From the NCBI GenBank assembly GCA_002633005.1, contig NMRA01001091.1, forward strand, positions 1 through 57,753: a DNA stretch of 57,753 nt. Reading direction: 5' to 3'. Of this stretch, positions 11,303 through 24,232 are shown one piece after another. This DNA is from Phoronis australis (Eukaryota; Animalia; Phoronida). The notes under the pieces are model-generated. The model was given only the letters and a program-made list of their open reading frames with translations. It did no database searches and was not told the DNA's origin. Made by a program: the position numbers and the translations under genes. How positions within the stretch are numbered: the first letter of the stretch is position 1; every line of letters starts with the position of its first letter.

Positions 11303-14237
11303 ATTAGAATTGTCTCTCGTTATCTCAACTCCGTGCATCTTGAAACTCTGTTCAAGTCTTTTGTTCTTCCACATCTAGATTACTGCGACATAATCTACCA
11401 ATCGGCAAACGCTGGCATACTTCTTCAATTAGAAAGACTACAATACCAAGCAGCTTTAGCCATAACAGGAGCATACAAAGGATCCAACTCAATCAAGGTT
11501 CTAAACAGTCTCAACTGGAGCAAACTAGCAACCCGTCGTAAACTCCACTTGTCCATGTATACATTCAAAGTCTTAACCAACATAAACGATTACTCAAACA
11601 AAATCCTCTTTGACTCCTACAAAAGACCTAACACGAGACCAGGACTGCGGCAAAGTAATATACACACTATTCCATCTTCCCTCAGCCAAGCCTTCAGGAA
11701 ATCTACCATATTAACTTGTATTGACAACTGGAATTCCTTACCATCCAAAATAAAAGAAAGCACTTCAACCGTCACTCTAAAAATAACTTCAAAATGCATA
11801 CTACTACTCAAGAGTTGCCAGTCCCATTGACATCGTTCCTACTTCCCCGCAACCACGAAATAATACTATACAGATCAAAATGCGGTCTATTCCTAAACAA
11901 CGAGAAATTTAGACATAATTTTAATAATATTTCGCCTCTGTGTTGCTGTGGAGACGCATAGACAAATGCTCATGATTTCTTAGCTTGCAAGGAGCAGAGG
12001 GTACAGCTTTTCCAGACACTCGAACAATACCCCAATATCATAAAAAATATTCTGAAATTACGCAAGTGTACAACAAAATTATTTTTTTTTCTATATGGAA
12101 GTCAAGAGCTTAACCCAAATGAAAATAAGGTTTTATTTGAAATAGTATCAAAATTTCTTTATAATATTAAATCTCTTTGTGTTAGTGGATAGAAGTGTAT
12201 TCATGTGTATGAAAATAATTCACTTAGTTTCGTAATCATATGTCATTGTAATCTTCACAATATTTTTTTTAATTTATGTATTTGTGTAAAATAATTGTAT
12301 ACAGATTTTTTATGTATTTGTGTAAAATAATTGTATATAGATTTTTTGTACTGTTTTAACCAAGATATAATGCCTCTTGGCGCTTTCTGGGTTATGTATA
12401 TTCATTGTATCGAAGACTTCGTAATAAACATTATAAAAAAGTAACCCGTGTTGTGAACTGCTGATGACTGCGTGGTAAACCAATGACGTCATTGGATAAT
12501 TTCAACACCTCCGTCTGCCGTCAGCTAACGAAACCGAACGTGCCGTTATCGAGTAGAACTACTCGATCTATAAACTAGGTTGTTTTTGGGTGGCATTCTC
12601 CTTTAATCTGTTCAGATGTAAAAAAGATGTTCTGGCATTGCACATCACGCCCAGAATTGTACATTGTACATGTACAATTGCGTTCCTCAATTTCCAGTTG
12701 CTGGTTCATGACTCTTGGTAATTGGCCCATTATGTTGCGCGCTCAATAGAATTAAGGAAGCAGAATATTGGCTTTGGACTGCTTTCTAGTTTTAGGCTAT
12801 GAAAGTCACGTTTCTTGTCCGTTTTTCAAAATACCACGCGTACATTTCAGGAACAATCGAAATATGCTACTTACAACCATTAAAATGAAAGTTCAAAGTT
12901 CACCCCAAGTGTTTACGGCCATGCTTGTGATGGTCAATTTCGCGCCTCACTAAATATCCAAGTTAATATCCGGAGAATGAGAACATCAGCTGAAGCCGTG
13001 TACAGTTTATTTGGAGATCGAGGCGGATTTTAATGCTAGATCCCCGGTCGAGCTCCTAAAACTCCATTGGTGAAGGTGTCAGCGTAACATTCTTTTTTGC
13101 ACAAAACTGGTGCCACTTGCTTGGATCACCTTGTCCTCGTACGCGAATGATGGACTGCCTCTGAGCCCACTAGTTCCATTAATTGTCAAAGGTAACGAAC
13201 TGTTAGGCAAACTGGCTTGCTTCTGTCTACGTCTCCGCGAGAATTCACATTTCAATTCAAACAGCTGCGAATAACACCCCACACAATGGTGTTCAATTCA
13301 CACCCCTATTCAATACAACTTTTATCGGCCTCTTGTTGCTTGTGCAGAGATCTCGCGGTGACGCAATACGGCGCGAATGGCAGCTTCACCTATCATTTGA
13401 CGGGCCTACATTTGCGTGATTAAACTCGCGTTTGCTTATTTTGCTAAGGTTTTTCTAGGAGTACCTAGTTAGTCCAATACATCTAAAATATCAAAATTCC
13501 GGTGAAGTAATGCTTTAAATGTTATTTAACATTGCATAAAGTAATGAAAACTACGTCATAGCATTCAGTCACTCACACTGGTTGAAATCTGGGAAACCCC
13601 CTTCAGCTTAATGTTACGACCACCTAGCTTTGACTTGAATGGTTGTACTTAGTTAAAACGGGCAGTGATCGAAGTAAAAATCAAGGGAGCCCCGATAAAG
13701 TGGCTTAAGCCCAAACCAGTACAGTGTACATGTACAAAAGGCGTGTGCAAGTCATGGCGACGTGATCGGTATACTTCCGACCAAGGCATGCGCATTAATG
13801 TCTGCACACGGAATTCCGTGAGTCGTTCATCATGTTTCCACAGGACCACTTTTCAGTATAGATGGCGCTGTGTCAGGGGATAAACTCGAAAGTGTGGACT
13901 CATATCATAGAAGACACCAGGCAGAATCAACAAAATTCCATTCATTATCACTGACTTATCATGGCCGGCCTCAGTTGTACATTGTATTATTTGTGACGTC
14001 AAATAAAATCTAAATGACATGGTTGCCATGGACGACTCGATATTCACTAGGTGGTGCTAATAAATAAAAGTCCATCTTTTTGACATCTCAACAGATTAAG
14101 AACAGAATATAATTCGTGTGATATGGGTCCCACGTGATTTACCTGAATGCAGGTATTTTTATGCCAGGTTCTTTGCTTCAGTTGCGAAACCTAGTGAATT
14201 TCGAGTTCCCCCCATAGGCCTAAAAATCTCCGGCGAC

Positions 14238-14390
14238 CTGACGCTGTCGTCCTTTTGGAAATTCTGCGTAAATATACGATGGATCCCGGACTGCCACTGG
14301 AGGGAGTTGCGAATCTCGGCACTTTGCCTGTCCTCGCTCTTCACTTGTATGGCACCGATACTGAGATTGCACGGCTGATCGGCGAATTCT
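14238..14390 (-). CDS. SRCR + alpha2delta-like gene, exon (VWA_N domain)
   Basis: CCTTTACAG| ... CAG|GTCGCC, phase 2-2. EFADQPCNLSIGAIQVKSEDRQSAEIRNSLQWQSGIHRIFTQNFQKDDSVR matches the alpha2delta pattern F...vN...s.v.v...i.n.l.W...l..vF..N...d. Confidence 0.8.
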
Positions 14391-15843
14391 CTGTAAAGGA
14401 CATGATTACAATACACTGCTTGATTCATTCCCCTGCCAAGCTTTGTAAGATATGGAAACATGTCTCGTGCGAACACAGAGTTCACATGTCGTCCGACCAG
14501 AAAGCTGTTCAGGCGTCTGGTGACACCCGTGAACGCTTGTCAGACGCATGCTCAGCCTTTTTGTTCGCCACAGACTAGAAGGCATGTCGGCTACCTTACC
14601 TTGAGAAAGTTATCATCTAATAACATATATTTTGGTTGAATTCTATTCGTGCGTGATTTGCCATGGTATCAGCTTTTTACTCATTGATATATCCCTAATT
14701 ACTCATAAGACGTTTGACAGGACGCCTTTTGACATGTGAACAAGATGCCTGTACCAGTAAAGGTTTGTTGCTCTACCACCTCAGTTGTACCTGCCCTCTT
14801 ATAGACTGGCTGAAGTTTTCGCGAAGAAATTAACACGGAATTCACGAAGAAAAAAGGAACACTTTCAAAAAATAAGAAATATGGAAAATTGAAGGACCAA
14901 GAATCACTCTTGTTACTTAAACGTTACGAGTCGAGTATTGTTTGAGGCTTGTTGCCCATAAAACAAAATCGTACTCAGTGTTGAGATGCAGACATATATA
15001 AAGTTCATAACATATGCATATACAAAAACACTGAGGTACAGTTGAATTTCAGACACAACCGTCCACACTCTACTCAGCGATGAATGTAGCCATTATTTGT
15101 CGCTCCAGAAAGACACAGTGAAATACTCATCAATGCAAGCTCATCCTTCGTGCATTCAGTTCAGCTATAAGATCTTGGAAGCTTGGCGCTAACATAGCAC
15201 ATTGATATCTTTTACGAGTAAGCGTGCGCTAGCAAATGTCCACCACTGAAAGTGATTTCAAGGTTACGGTGAAACGTGGTGAAACTCGATATACATGTAC
15301 CTACGATGGACTGTCACTTACTCGAGAGGGTCAAAATTCCTGGGCAAACCGCAATCGCAAAGAGTTTTTTCACTTTTTCGCTCTTTTGGTGTTCTAGCCA
15401 ACTCGATATCAAGTACTTGTGCAGCTGCAGTGACGTGTTGATGAAGATTCACACACGCACCAATATCAACACGTACAGTAGCCTCATTCACGTCAGCATT
15501 CAGTAGATCATTCACATTACACATTCAAGGCCACAGAAAGCTGCCGGACACCCGGGGAAGCACGTGTACTCCCAAAATGCACAGGCGCCAGCGGCTGCAT
15601 GTGGCTACTAGCGTTGGGTGGCGGGTAGGAGTCCTAGTTATGCCGGAGGGCTCAAAATCTGTCACCCGTCAAGTACTGTATGTGAGCGCATGCCTCCGAA
15701 AATTGTCTTGGCAATCTATGGAATTACGGACTTGCAAGCATTCAAAAACCGACTGATTAAATAGGCGAAATGTTTGCCAATGATATAAGCTAGTCTTGTA
15801 AGAAATTTGGAATGTTTCAACGGACTTATATGCAAACACACAC

Positions 15844-16018
15844 CTTACTGTGCTCAAAGGAAACTTTTCAATCCAGTCTTCTGGAAACGAGGCGTCTATG
15901 AAAGACTTGAGGTCAGCCATGTTGTCGACGCGACTGCCGGGAAACCAATCGTAATGCAGCTTGGAAATGGCCTCCAGTGATTCTTGGGCAAGGGCTACTT
16001 TATCCTGGAAGAACTTTT
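15844..16018 (-). CDS. SRCR + alpha2delta-like gene, exon (VWA_N region start)
   Basis: CCTTCCAG| ... AG|GTGTGT, phase 1 to 2, which bridges the flanking exon phases exactly. Translation EKFFQDKVALAQESLEAISKLHYDW...FPLSTVR. Confidence 0.7.
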
Positions 16019-17509
16019 CTGGAAGGGGTAAAATCGTTGGACATTGCTCCTGACAGAGGGGATCCTGGTGGCACATTAACAGTAGCTGTTTCAGGTTTTT
16101 GAAAGAAAATAGTATTTATATTCGGGACCCGTCCCTCCTCTCGAAGGAGTCCTGATGATGAAATCGATTTTTGCATTTTCTTCTAATCACCTAGTCATGG
16201 TAAAGGTCTCACTCTTGGCCAATGGGGTCACATTATTGTATTAGTTGTGTGGCCTCTGTTGAAGGGATGCTCCGATGATAAAGTGTTTTCCATCTTACAC
16301 GGGTATAGTTTTACACACTGTCAAACAGGGATGTTGAGAAGCCCCCCTCCCCGTAGAGCTAGGGGCCTGACGAAAGAATCAATTGTCATCATTTTTTGCA
16401 TTTTGCATTGAAGTGCCACCTCTAGGAGGAACCCTTCTTGCCTCCCTATAAATCCAGTATTGATTGAAATAGTTCTTCTCTGTGAATCTTAGTTGAGATC
16501 GGTGGCCAGTCGACAGAAATCATCTGGGTCATTTTTCTGACTCGGGACATTTGAATTTCTACGTTTATCGCCTGATCAAGCTTCGTACTTGCCTGAGCGC
16601 AGTACTTTCTACCGACAGTGGCGACAGCACGAGACCTACTTTGTGTTGCTTGTGTGAAAATCTAGCACCGGTGCACTATTAACTTTTCTGCAATTGCTGA
16701 CTAACGTTACAAAGATTTATCGGAGATCGGTGGACGAGATCTGCGGAGACTTTAAACCTCGCTACTACTTTGATAAACTATGTACGGACATGAGAACTAA
16801 AAAACAGTGTCTGCCAAAACAGTTGGAATCCAACGAGAGGAATTACATGTATACTAATGTAAAATCGTGTGCATTGAAAATTTGGTCCCAAAAGAGGTCC
16901 GAACATTTTAATTTTCAAATACAGCTAGTTGGTGTCGTTTTTGAGAGCCACAATACTGTTCACAACTCTTCAAGGAACAGTGTTTTTAGAATAGAGCGAG
17001 TTTTAGCAACGAAATCGAGCGGCCCATTCAAACTGTGTTGTACAGTACCTCAGAAGCGACGGACATAGCTCACCTAAACATCTGTTCATTTTTCCCTTTT
17101 TGTAAATGTAGTGGTCGTACATGTATGCATGAAAGTGTGCGCGAAATGTTCTGTCACAGACACATCTGGCCCCTAACCCATAAACGGCCAACGCCCATGA
17201 TCTGGGCTGCGTTCCCCAACGATATTCAATACCGAGACACTTGACTTGTGACAAGGAAAACTGGTTTAGGAGAGGAAAGTAAATAGTACATTTACTATGT
17301 GTACATGTACGTAAAATCTTTTTGACAAACGATTACAACCAACGTTTTGGAAAAGTCTCCAAAGCCTTCATTGCAACGCGGTTCGATTGTACAATCGTTC
17401 ATAATCTTGTGACAGTCATGTTTGTAAGAATTATCCATTTGAAGGTTGCAGAGTCCGGGAACTAAATTTCTGATTGGAACGAAATTATGTTCACAAGGTG
17501 TTACTATAC

Positions 17510-17680
17510 CTAGTCGTTCTTTTATCGCCATCAGTTTTTCCGAGCCGTTCACGTGTTCGCCGTAGTAAGTAGCATTTTTCAAAACTTCTCGGATTTCAGA
17601 CACCTTCGTCACAGTTACGACACTTGTGTGCAACTCCCTGGCGAATTTTCTAGAGTACCCGTACACTTGCTGTTCTATTT
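17510..17680 (-). CDS. SRCR + alpha2delta-like gene, exon (alpha2delta N-terminal helical region)
   Basis: TTTTGTAG| ... CTAG|GTATAG, phase 1-1. IEQQVYGYSRKFARELHTSVVTVTKVSEIREVLKNATYYGEHVNGSEKLMAIKERL resembles the alpha2delta/CACHD1 N-terminus. Confidence 0.75.
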
Positions 17681-17929
17681 CTACAAAATACATCCAGTGG
17701 TCACATTTATCCGTCTTTAGTATCTCGTTTGAGTTAGGTAAATAATGGTCCCCGATGTTTACAGGAAGGCAACAGTTAACTGTTCAGTCGCGTTTTAAAA
17801 ACACAGAATGTACATGTACACTGTCCATGAATTAATGGGCAGGGGTACCACTAGGTCTAATTAACGGAGGTAACACAGCTCTTTCTGGAACCTATAGAGG
17901 TGGCAGGACTGTTGCAACGAGAACGATTC

Positions 17930-18720
17930 ACTTTAGGAGAATCAAGCTGGGCTCCAAAAAGTATGTTGCACGATAGACAATGCGTTTGCTTTATATATGT
18001 TTTAAGAAGTGTGGGGAGATTTTAGTGCAATTTTGGGATCCAAAAAAGGCTTTTGATACTATACGGTCTGGTGAGAGGGTCTGTTACAAACTCATCCCTA
18101 ACTATGGTATAACGACTAAAAGTCGTTTTGCAATTCATGTATGAAAATATTAAAACTTGAGTCCAAACAAAAAGCAATGGCTCAGTAACAGAAACATGTG
18201 CGTTTCTATGTCACGGCTTTAGGGGTACAGCAGGGATGACATCTGTCTCCGTTTTATTTGGCCCATAAATTATGATTTGGAAATGGAATTGAGTAAAACC
18301 GGAGATTAAACAGACGATTTTGCTTTGATAAAATTGATACTGGGCTTTTCAGGCCATCTTACTTTAAAGTAAGATGGCCTGAAAAGCACAGTATTAATTG
18401 TTATGACGATGACAAGTAATCCTGAGAGTTACTGTAAAAAATCGAGGTTTCACTCAACAATAATAAAACCAAGATGGTTGTTCCCAGATATGATTAATGC
18501 TTAAGGTAGGATGTTGTAAGTTGTCAATTTTGGACATAAAATTGAAGTACAGGAACATCTTGAAGACAGGATATCTGAAAAGCTATATTTGTTTCAAAAC
18601 ATCGCATTGCGTCTACTCTTCTATACATACATGTACAAACTGAATGTGATTGAAAATTCCGACACTTAAAATTTCATCTGCTTTCATGTATGGTTGTAAA
18701 ATTTGGGTATTTCAGTAACC
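17930..18720 (+). pseudogene. Heavily decayed non-LTR reverse transcriptase remnant
   Basis: Frameshifted motifs in correct order: QAGLQKVCCTIDNAFAL, D-x-x-KAFDT, GVQQG..LSP, YDDD (YADD position), NKTKMVV, YGCKIW. Confidence 0.7.
18332..18399. repeat. Spacerless palindrome, 34-bp arms
   Basis: Perfect 44-bp core GCTTTTCAGGCCATCTTACTTT|AAAGTAAGATGGCCTGAAAAGC, with two mismatches in the outer arms. Confidence 0.95.
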
Positions 18721-19733
18721 ACGTACCTTAGGAAAATATTCCCAGATTTGATACTAATATTAAGATCATTAAGAACGGTTTTAAACGAAAAAATACACCC
18801 ACCCCGCAATCCTATTTTTCTCTTATTGACCAGTTCAATGTGGCCTCACTATTCAAATAGACCAATAAGGTTTCGATATTTGTACGCAGATGGGCATATG
18901 TGTTGTTTATCTAACTAAAGAAATGAGACAATAAAAATATTTATACATTTGTAATTGTCATGTCCATATATATGATACGCGTACGCAACTTGGACGGAAA
19001 ATTATTTTGTTGATGGCGCAATGAATGCATGCATGATTAGTCTGAGCCAGGAGCGATTATTGGTGTTGATGGATTAGTATGGTGGTACAGATCATGTTAT
19101 TAAAAGAGATATATTTAAGTTTCGCTCTAGCCCATGGACATTCGTGGCTATGAGGAATGCTTTAAGTAAATGCAAGGAAACTTACAAAAAGGCAAGATCA
19201 CGCAAGTTTTTAAGAGATATCGAGAGAAGCAACTGAGCACACTAGCTTCCTTCGTCAAATTCAGCCCATTTAGTAAACAACTGGTTGTGAACACCTCCGC
19301 AAACTTCCATCATCAGAGCAACTTATGTGCATCTAGAGCTGATGTTGTCGGACATTTCGGCAAACAGGCACCGCAATTATGAACGCCTGGATATAGGTCC
19401 ACGGACCAACACTTTCGAATCCACACTGAAAAGTTTCTGCGGTATGCAGGGGTTTCTCATAGATCGAAATGAATGGTGTAGACGAGTAAAATACAGGTTA
19501 AAAGAGTTCCCACCAGGCCCTGTGTCTCAAAAAGAATTTCATCAATACATCTTAAGAGATTTAATAGCCTTAAGTATACCTGTTGCTATGAAACAAACCA
19601 ATTTTTTAAAGTATTATTTTTTCTGTTATCGGAGTTGTACGTAATGGGTGGAAGATCGTCTCCGCCGTTGTTTTTACCAGTGCGATACTTAGGAAATGTG
19701 AGGAAAGTTCCCGGAGAACAGCCTTTTTCAGAC

Positions 19734-19920
19734 ATGAAAAGATTCGTTTGTGGAGGCTGTAGTAACAGCAACATGACTGAGAACGTCTCTGTGTTCAAAT
19801 TTCCTAAATACGTGAAAGTTGCACAGAAATGGCATCGTTTGTGCCCCGCACGAGAGTGTAATATCATTGTGCAACACGCGGTTCAGTCGGGGGAGCCACA
19901 CCTGTTTGTTCGGTACGCCG
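19734..19920 (+). pseudogene. THAP zinc-finger domain remnant
   Basis: MKRFVCGGCSNSNMTENVSVFKFPKYVKVAQKWHR matches THAP GCSN...vslfkFP.d.....kW. Frameshifted afterwards. Confidence 0.7.
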
Positions 19921-21045
19921 GTATCGCGTTTCGACCAAACACGAAAACGGCGTTACGATGAAGGACTCGTCACCTTGATATAACAAACAAGCTCAGTGCT
20001 TCCATTCTAGGGCGAGTGATGCCAGGCCCTCGACCTCGGCCCAGATCGAGTGCTACGACACGTAAGTTACATGTACATGTACCTTTTGCATTGCATGTGT
20101 TTAGACCGTACTCATTCCATCATGACAAGAGTGAATACGAGTCACCCAGGTTTATTGTAGCCTGTGTCAGTGATTATTAATTGTCTATTTTGTGAATATT
20201 GACCACCCCTTGGATCAGACTTGGCTGTGGTTCACATTATGTCTGCATCGTTTATCGTGCAAGTGGGTTGAGTTCATACGGCCTCAAAGCCGACGAAAGT
20301 TCGCCAAGTGGGAAATCGAATTCATTGTCCCATTTTAAAGTACTTGAGTGTGATGCCCGTATCCTTTCTCCTCTCTGCATAATTGTCCAGTTTTCGCTCA
20401 AAATCGCCCTCGTCTTCTGATCTGCTGTGATCCGCCATTGCAATTGATTGTCAAGTGACCAAAAGTCTTACACACCGTACATTACATCACTCGGCGGGAA
20501 ACTTGGAAATAACTCATTTTTCTTCGACATTAAAGAAATCGCCACTATTTGGCATAAAAAGTGTTTATTTAGTTAGACTTAATGATACTCATTTCATATT
20601 AGTTAACTCAAACCTCAAAACCTAAGAAAATGCATTATGGGAACTCTTTCAAGCTTTACAAGATAAATGCCAATTTAGTTTATTACGTTTTTGGCTTACC
20701 TGATATGGAAAAAATGAAATAACGCTGCCGTTGCTAGCATAATCTACTAAAATTACACACATCGGCCCTCATTCTACGTCAAAGATACAGGCATGTTTTC
20801 TGTTGACATGACCCTGTTTAAAGCGGTATGCCAACGAGGTTTTAATTGTAGCTCTAGAAAGGTGAAAATGTACATTTTGTTGACTCTTAGGCAAGGCGCT
20901 GGCTATCAGAAATTGCGGTAAACGCCATTCCCTCTGGACCACGAAAACGCGACAATCATTGTCTGGGCATGCCAAAGTTGACCATGACGGTTGCCTTTCC
21001 TCAGTGTTAAACTGAAAATATTGATCTACTAGTAATATCTCTTAC

Positions 21046-21090
21046 CTTGGATGGCACCGTTACCAACAAGAACATCAAATCCATCAGCGA
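21046..21090 (-). CDS. Possible 45-nt symmetric linker exon with non-canonical (CGG) acceptor
   Basis: T10-CGG| TC GCT GAT ... ATC CAA G|GTAAGA. Open in phase 1-1 (VADGFDVLVGNGAIQ) with a strong donor, but the acceptor lacks AG. Confidence 0.4.
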
Positions 21091-21340
21091 CCGAAAAAAA
21101 AAACGCCTGCTCAGATTATATTGGGGTTGGCCAACGAATTTGAACGTATTGCGCACGTACGCATTGCCAGTGTCGTCAATTGCCGACTCATGTGGCCACA
21201 GTTCTGGATCTTAGTGTTTTTTAAACGTTGAACTCGTAAATAAACCGCTCTGGGATTTAAAAATTCCAAAGCGGTTTGATTACGAGTTCAACTTCGACAG
21301 CTAGTCAGGATTTCGTTCCCTTTAAATTACAGTTATTTAC

Positions 21341-21510
21341 CCAATTCACAAGCGATCGCCGCAGGATGTGTTCTGCAGAGGCTTGGGACGTCTATCGTCA
21401 GGCACTGTTTGATGAGAGTTTCGTGGCCCGCGCACTTCACCGCCAAAGTGTAAGGAAGCGAGTCAACGGGCTTCACTATGTCCGAGTTTGGTATCATCCC
21501 ATGGAAGTCG
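21341..21510 (-). CDS. SRCR + alpha2delta-like gene, exon 3 (SRCR C-terminal half)
   Basis: TTTGCAG| ... G|GTAAAT, phase 2 to 1. DFHGMIPNSDIVKPVDSLPYTLAVKCAGHETLIKQCLTIDVPSLCRTHPAAIACEL supplies V-x-C-x-G-x-E, Q-C, C and A-A-I-A-C, giving six cysteines in total (group A SRCR pattern). Confidence 0.85.
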
Positions 21511-22783
21511 CTGCAAAGAAGAAATCTGATAAAATATCTGAGACAGTTTTGACACCAAAACTTTGCGCTGACAAAAGATTCATACACGATGAAAACTAGT
21601 GGACTCTTTATAAAGATACCGTGTTCCGACGATTATTGTCGTGCCCAAAACGCAATTTTGTGTCAATGAGTCGCACGTTCACCATTTTGTCCTCGATTTT
21701 TGGCCCAAACTACGCTTTACAGTCAAGAAGTCGATGTAAAATATCCACGGCAAGTAACAATTTTCATTATAAATTTTCTTAAATAACGCTAAATTCATCA
21801 ACGTGTAAAAGAAGTAGTATTTTAACACTGAAGCGCGTTGTCCAAATCCTATTCCGTGATTCCCTGCTTGTGGAGTTAAAGGTCAGCAGATCACCTGGGA
21901 GCAGGAAGAGAACTATTTTCAAAGTACAATTACACCACTGTTAAGGTTGCAAAGTGAGTTTTTTGATAACCTTCTATAGAAAAAGCTTTATTCTCTCTGA
22001 TTAAATCATCTGTTTTCTTTTAAATGAAACTTAACTCCTGGAATTAGACCGGGGAAGGAGACCACAAACAGCGGTTTAGCTAGTTGTCCCTTCCTGGTTA
22101 TCTCTTCCTGCTGGGAGTGAGTAGCACACAACGCGGTGTTCATCACGAAATAGGTTGCACGAAACTACACCGAAATATTATGTTAAATTTCGTTGTGACG
22201 AACTATCAAAACAAAAATTGCACATGAACTTGTGGCGGGTTTTCTAATCCAGACGATCCCGCGTTCGGCCGGCGAACTTCAGCTGCAGGCTTGCAGTCGC
22301 TTCGGGACTGAATTAGAACTTCGCCTGAAGCAGGAAATCGAGCCTCTCATGCTCTCGCCTTACACGCGAGCTTTATTCTGACAAATATTATCCGCCTTCC
22401 GTTTGACCTATAAGTGACATAACAATGAATAAATATTTCAGAACTTTGAAACGATACAGACAGCTGACTTGCTGAACAGAGTCTCTCGGTTGACAAACAA
22501 CGGGAGCTTTGCCCTTTGGGAAAACTTTGGCGGGATATCTGTCGGACTATTGATTCAAACAAAACTCCCTTGTCAGTGACTACATGTACCTTTCCAAATG
22601 GGTGTGTTTCAATAGAAAGCAATAAATCAGTATTTATATCAACTTAAATTTATTTGAAAACCTCACATAATTTGCTGCATGCACAGCCCGTTTTTTTGAA
22701 AACAGAATTTTGAGAACCAGGCCGGTTGCACGTCACATTAATGAAGCATTCCAAACGATGCAGCCACAGACGGGTCGTCTTAC

Positions 22784-22934
22784 CTATAGCCCAGCTGACG
22801 GCAAGCCACTTTAGCCTCCGTGTGGTGCCATTTGTCGCCACAGATTAACCCCCGCTTGACATGGAAACCATGGACCGTCACTTCGACTCTTCCCCTGTGG
22901 CTGTCACCGGTTCCAGTCAACTCCAGTGAAATTT
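22784..22934 (-). CDS. SRCR + alpha2delta-like gene, exon 2 (SRCR N-terminal half)
   Basis: TGCAG| ... AG|GTAAG, phase 1 to 2. EISLELTGTGDSHRGRVEVTVHGFHVKRGLICGDKWHHTEAKVACRQLGY carries the SRCR signatures GRVEV, G-x-I-C-x-D-x-W and A-x-V-A-C-R-Q-L-G. Confidence 0.9.
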
Positions 22935-24232
22935 CTGCATTTGAAATCGAAATGCAGTCGAGTTTGATAAACAATAGCGGGAACTTCAGCAAGTGGTCTG
23001 ACTCTCATGAAAAGTGACATTTGATCTTACGCACCACAGAATTATTTCTGAGAAAATATAATTAAATATCGCTAGTGCTGGTTCCTAGCTTAATGAACAA
23101 AACTGCAATCTATGAGAATCTGCACATAACTTCCACTCTCTGATGTGATTTATATAAATTATATTGTGTAGTTCTAGAATCTTATTTGCCCATAGTTACT
23201 TGACAAAAACTTATTCAGTAGGCCAAACTGCACATGTTAAAGTGGAAGCCTTCGAACAAATTTCGTCTGAAGCTTTCAGTTCAGTCATTTTTCACGAAAC
23301 AGACCACATATGCATGGACTTTCACAGGTACGCACACCATTGTGTTTTGACAATCCAAGGGTAAAATATCCCGGGTTATAGATCGAGTAATAAGGGACGG
23401 CACACGCAGACACCAGTGTCTGTGCACTTGAACAGAACGAAACATTGTGGCTAACGTCGTAGGTCTTCATTTGCATTCATGCCCATCATCCATCATAGAA
23501 TACGGATTAGCATGGACTTGAGAAGGCCATGGGCTAAAAAGCTGTAAGGCGAGACTGCCTTAGTTCACACCACAAAAACGACCCTAGGGGGCGTAGCCAT
23601 GAAGTTCGCGCCCACCGGACAAGGACATGCTCGTGTCATATTGTACAAAGTAGGCCTACATGTAGATACATTACACTAGCTCTCGTGTGTTCGACATCAC
23701 ATGGTTGATAGAAATAAACATGAATTCCACTCAGTACGCCACGCTGCCTTCGTCAAGCTTAACTTCATGTACATGTACAGCTGAGCTTTAAAAATAAACT
23801 CGAATAAGACAGCTGCTCTCTTACCACATTAGAATTATACATGTACATGTAGTCCCATTACCAAAAAGAACATCGAAATCGCCAATGACTTTAGATATCG
23901 CTTCCGAGTTTATTGGGGGTTGCCAACCCTAAGATTGTGAATTCGAATATTGACCATTCAACGGATTCCCAGTGACTTGAGTGGGAGGCTTACTCGACAA
24001 CAATTCAAGATAGGACGAGCCGTGAGGATTGTCATGTTTAAACTCCAAAGCGCTTGGTAAAGAATTTAATATAACTAACTGTTAAATAGCGATGAAGTGC
24101 CCTATTTAATGATTTGACAAAAATGTGATTTCGATCAATTTCTTCATCAAGCGTAATCTTTGCAGTGAGTGAGTGAACACAACGAAATTTTTATGTATTC
24201 CATATTTTCAAATGAAGCAGTTCTTAACAAAC

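Larger units (their letters stand above)
8017..12440 (+). mobile_element. Decayed APE-type non-LTR retrotransposon (CR1/L2 group), antisense within an intron
   Basis: Endonuclease motifs (TNINS, GDFNAR, PTR...CLDL, SDH) at about 8720-9365. RT motifs (KPWF, NYRPITLL, QFGF, FLDIASAFDVV, GVPQGSVLGP, YADY) at about 9560-10680. PHLDYC at about 11370. Many frameshifts and stops. 3' AATAAA plus A-tail at 12423-12440. Target-site duplication AGTAACCCG at 8008-8016 and 12440-12448. Confidence 0.93.

Noticed and set aside
20769-21011. Possible minus-strand exon after a 34-nt intron
   Set aside because: The intron is implausibly short, there is no domain similarity, and it is not needed for phase continuity.
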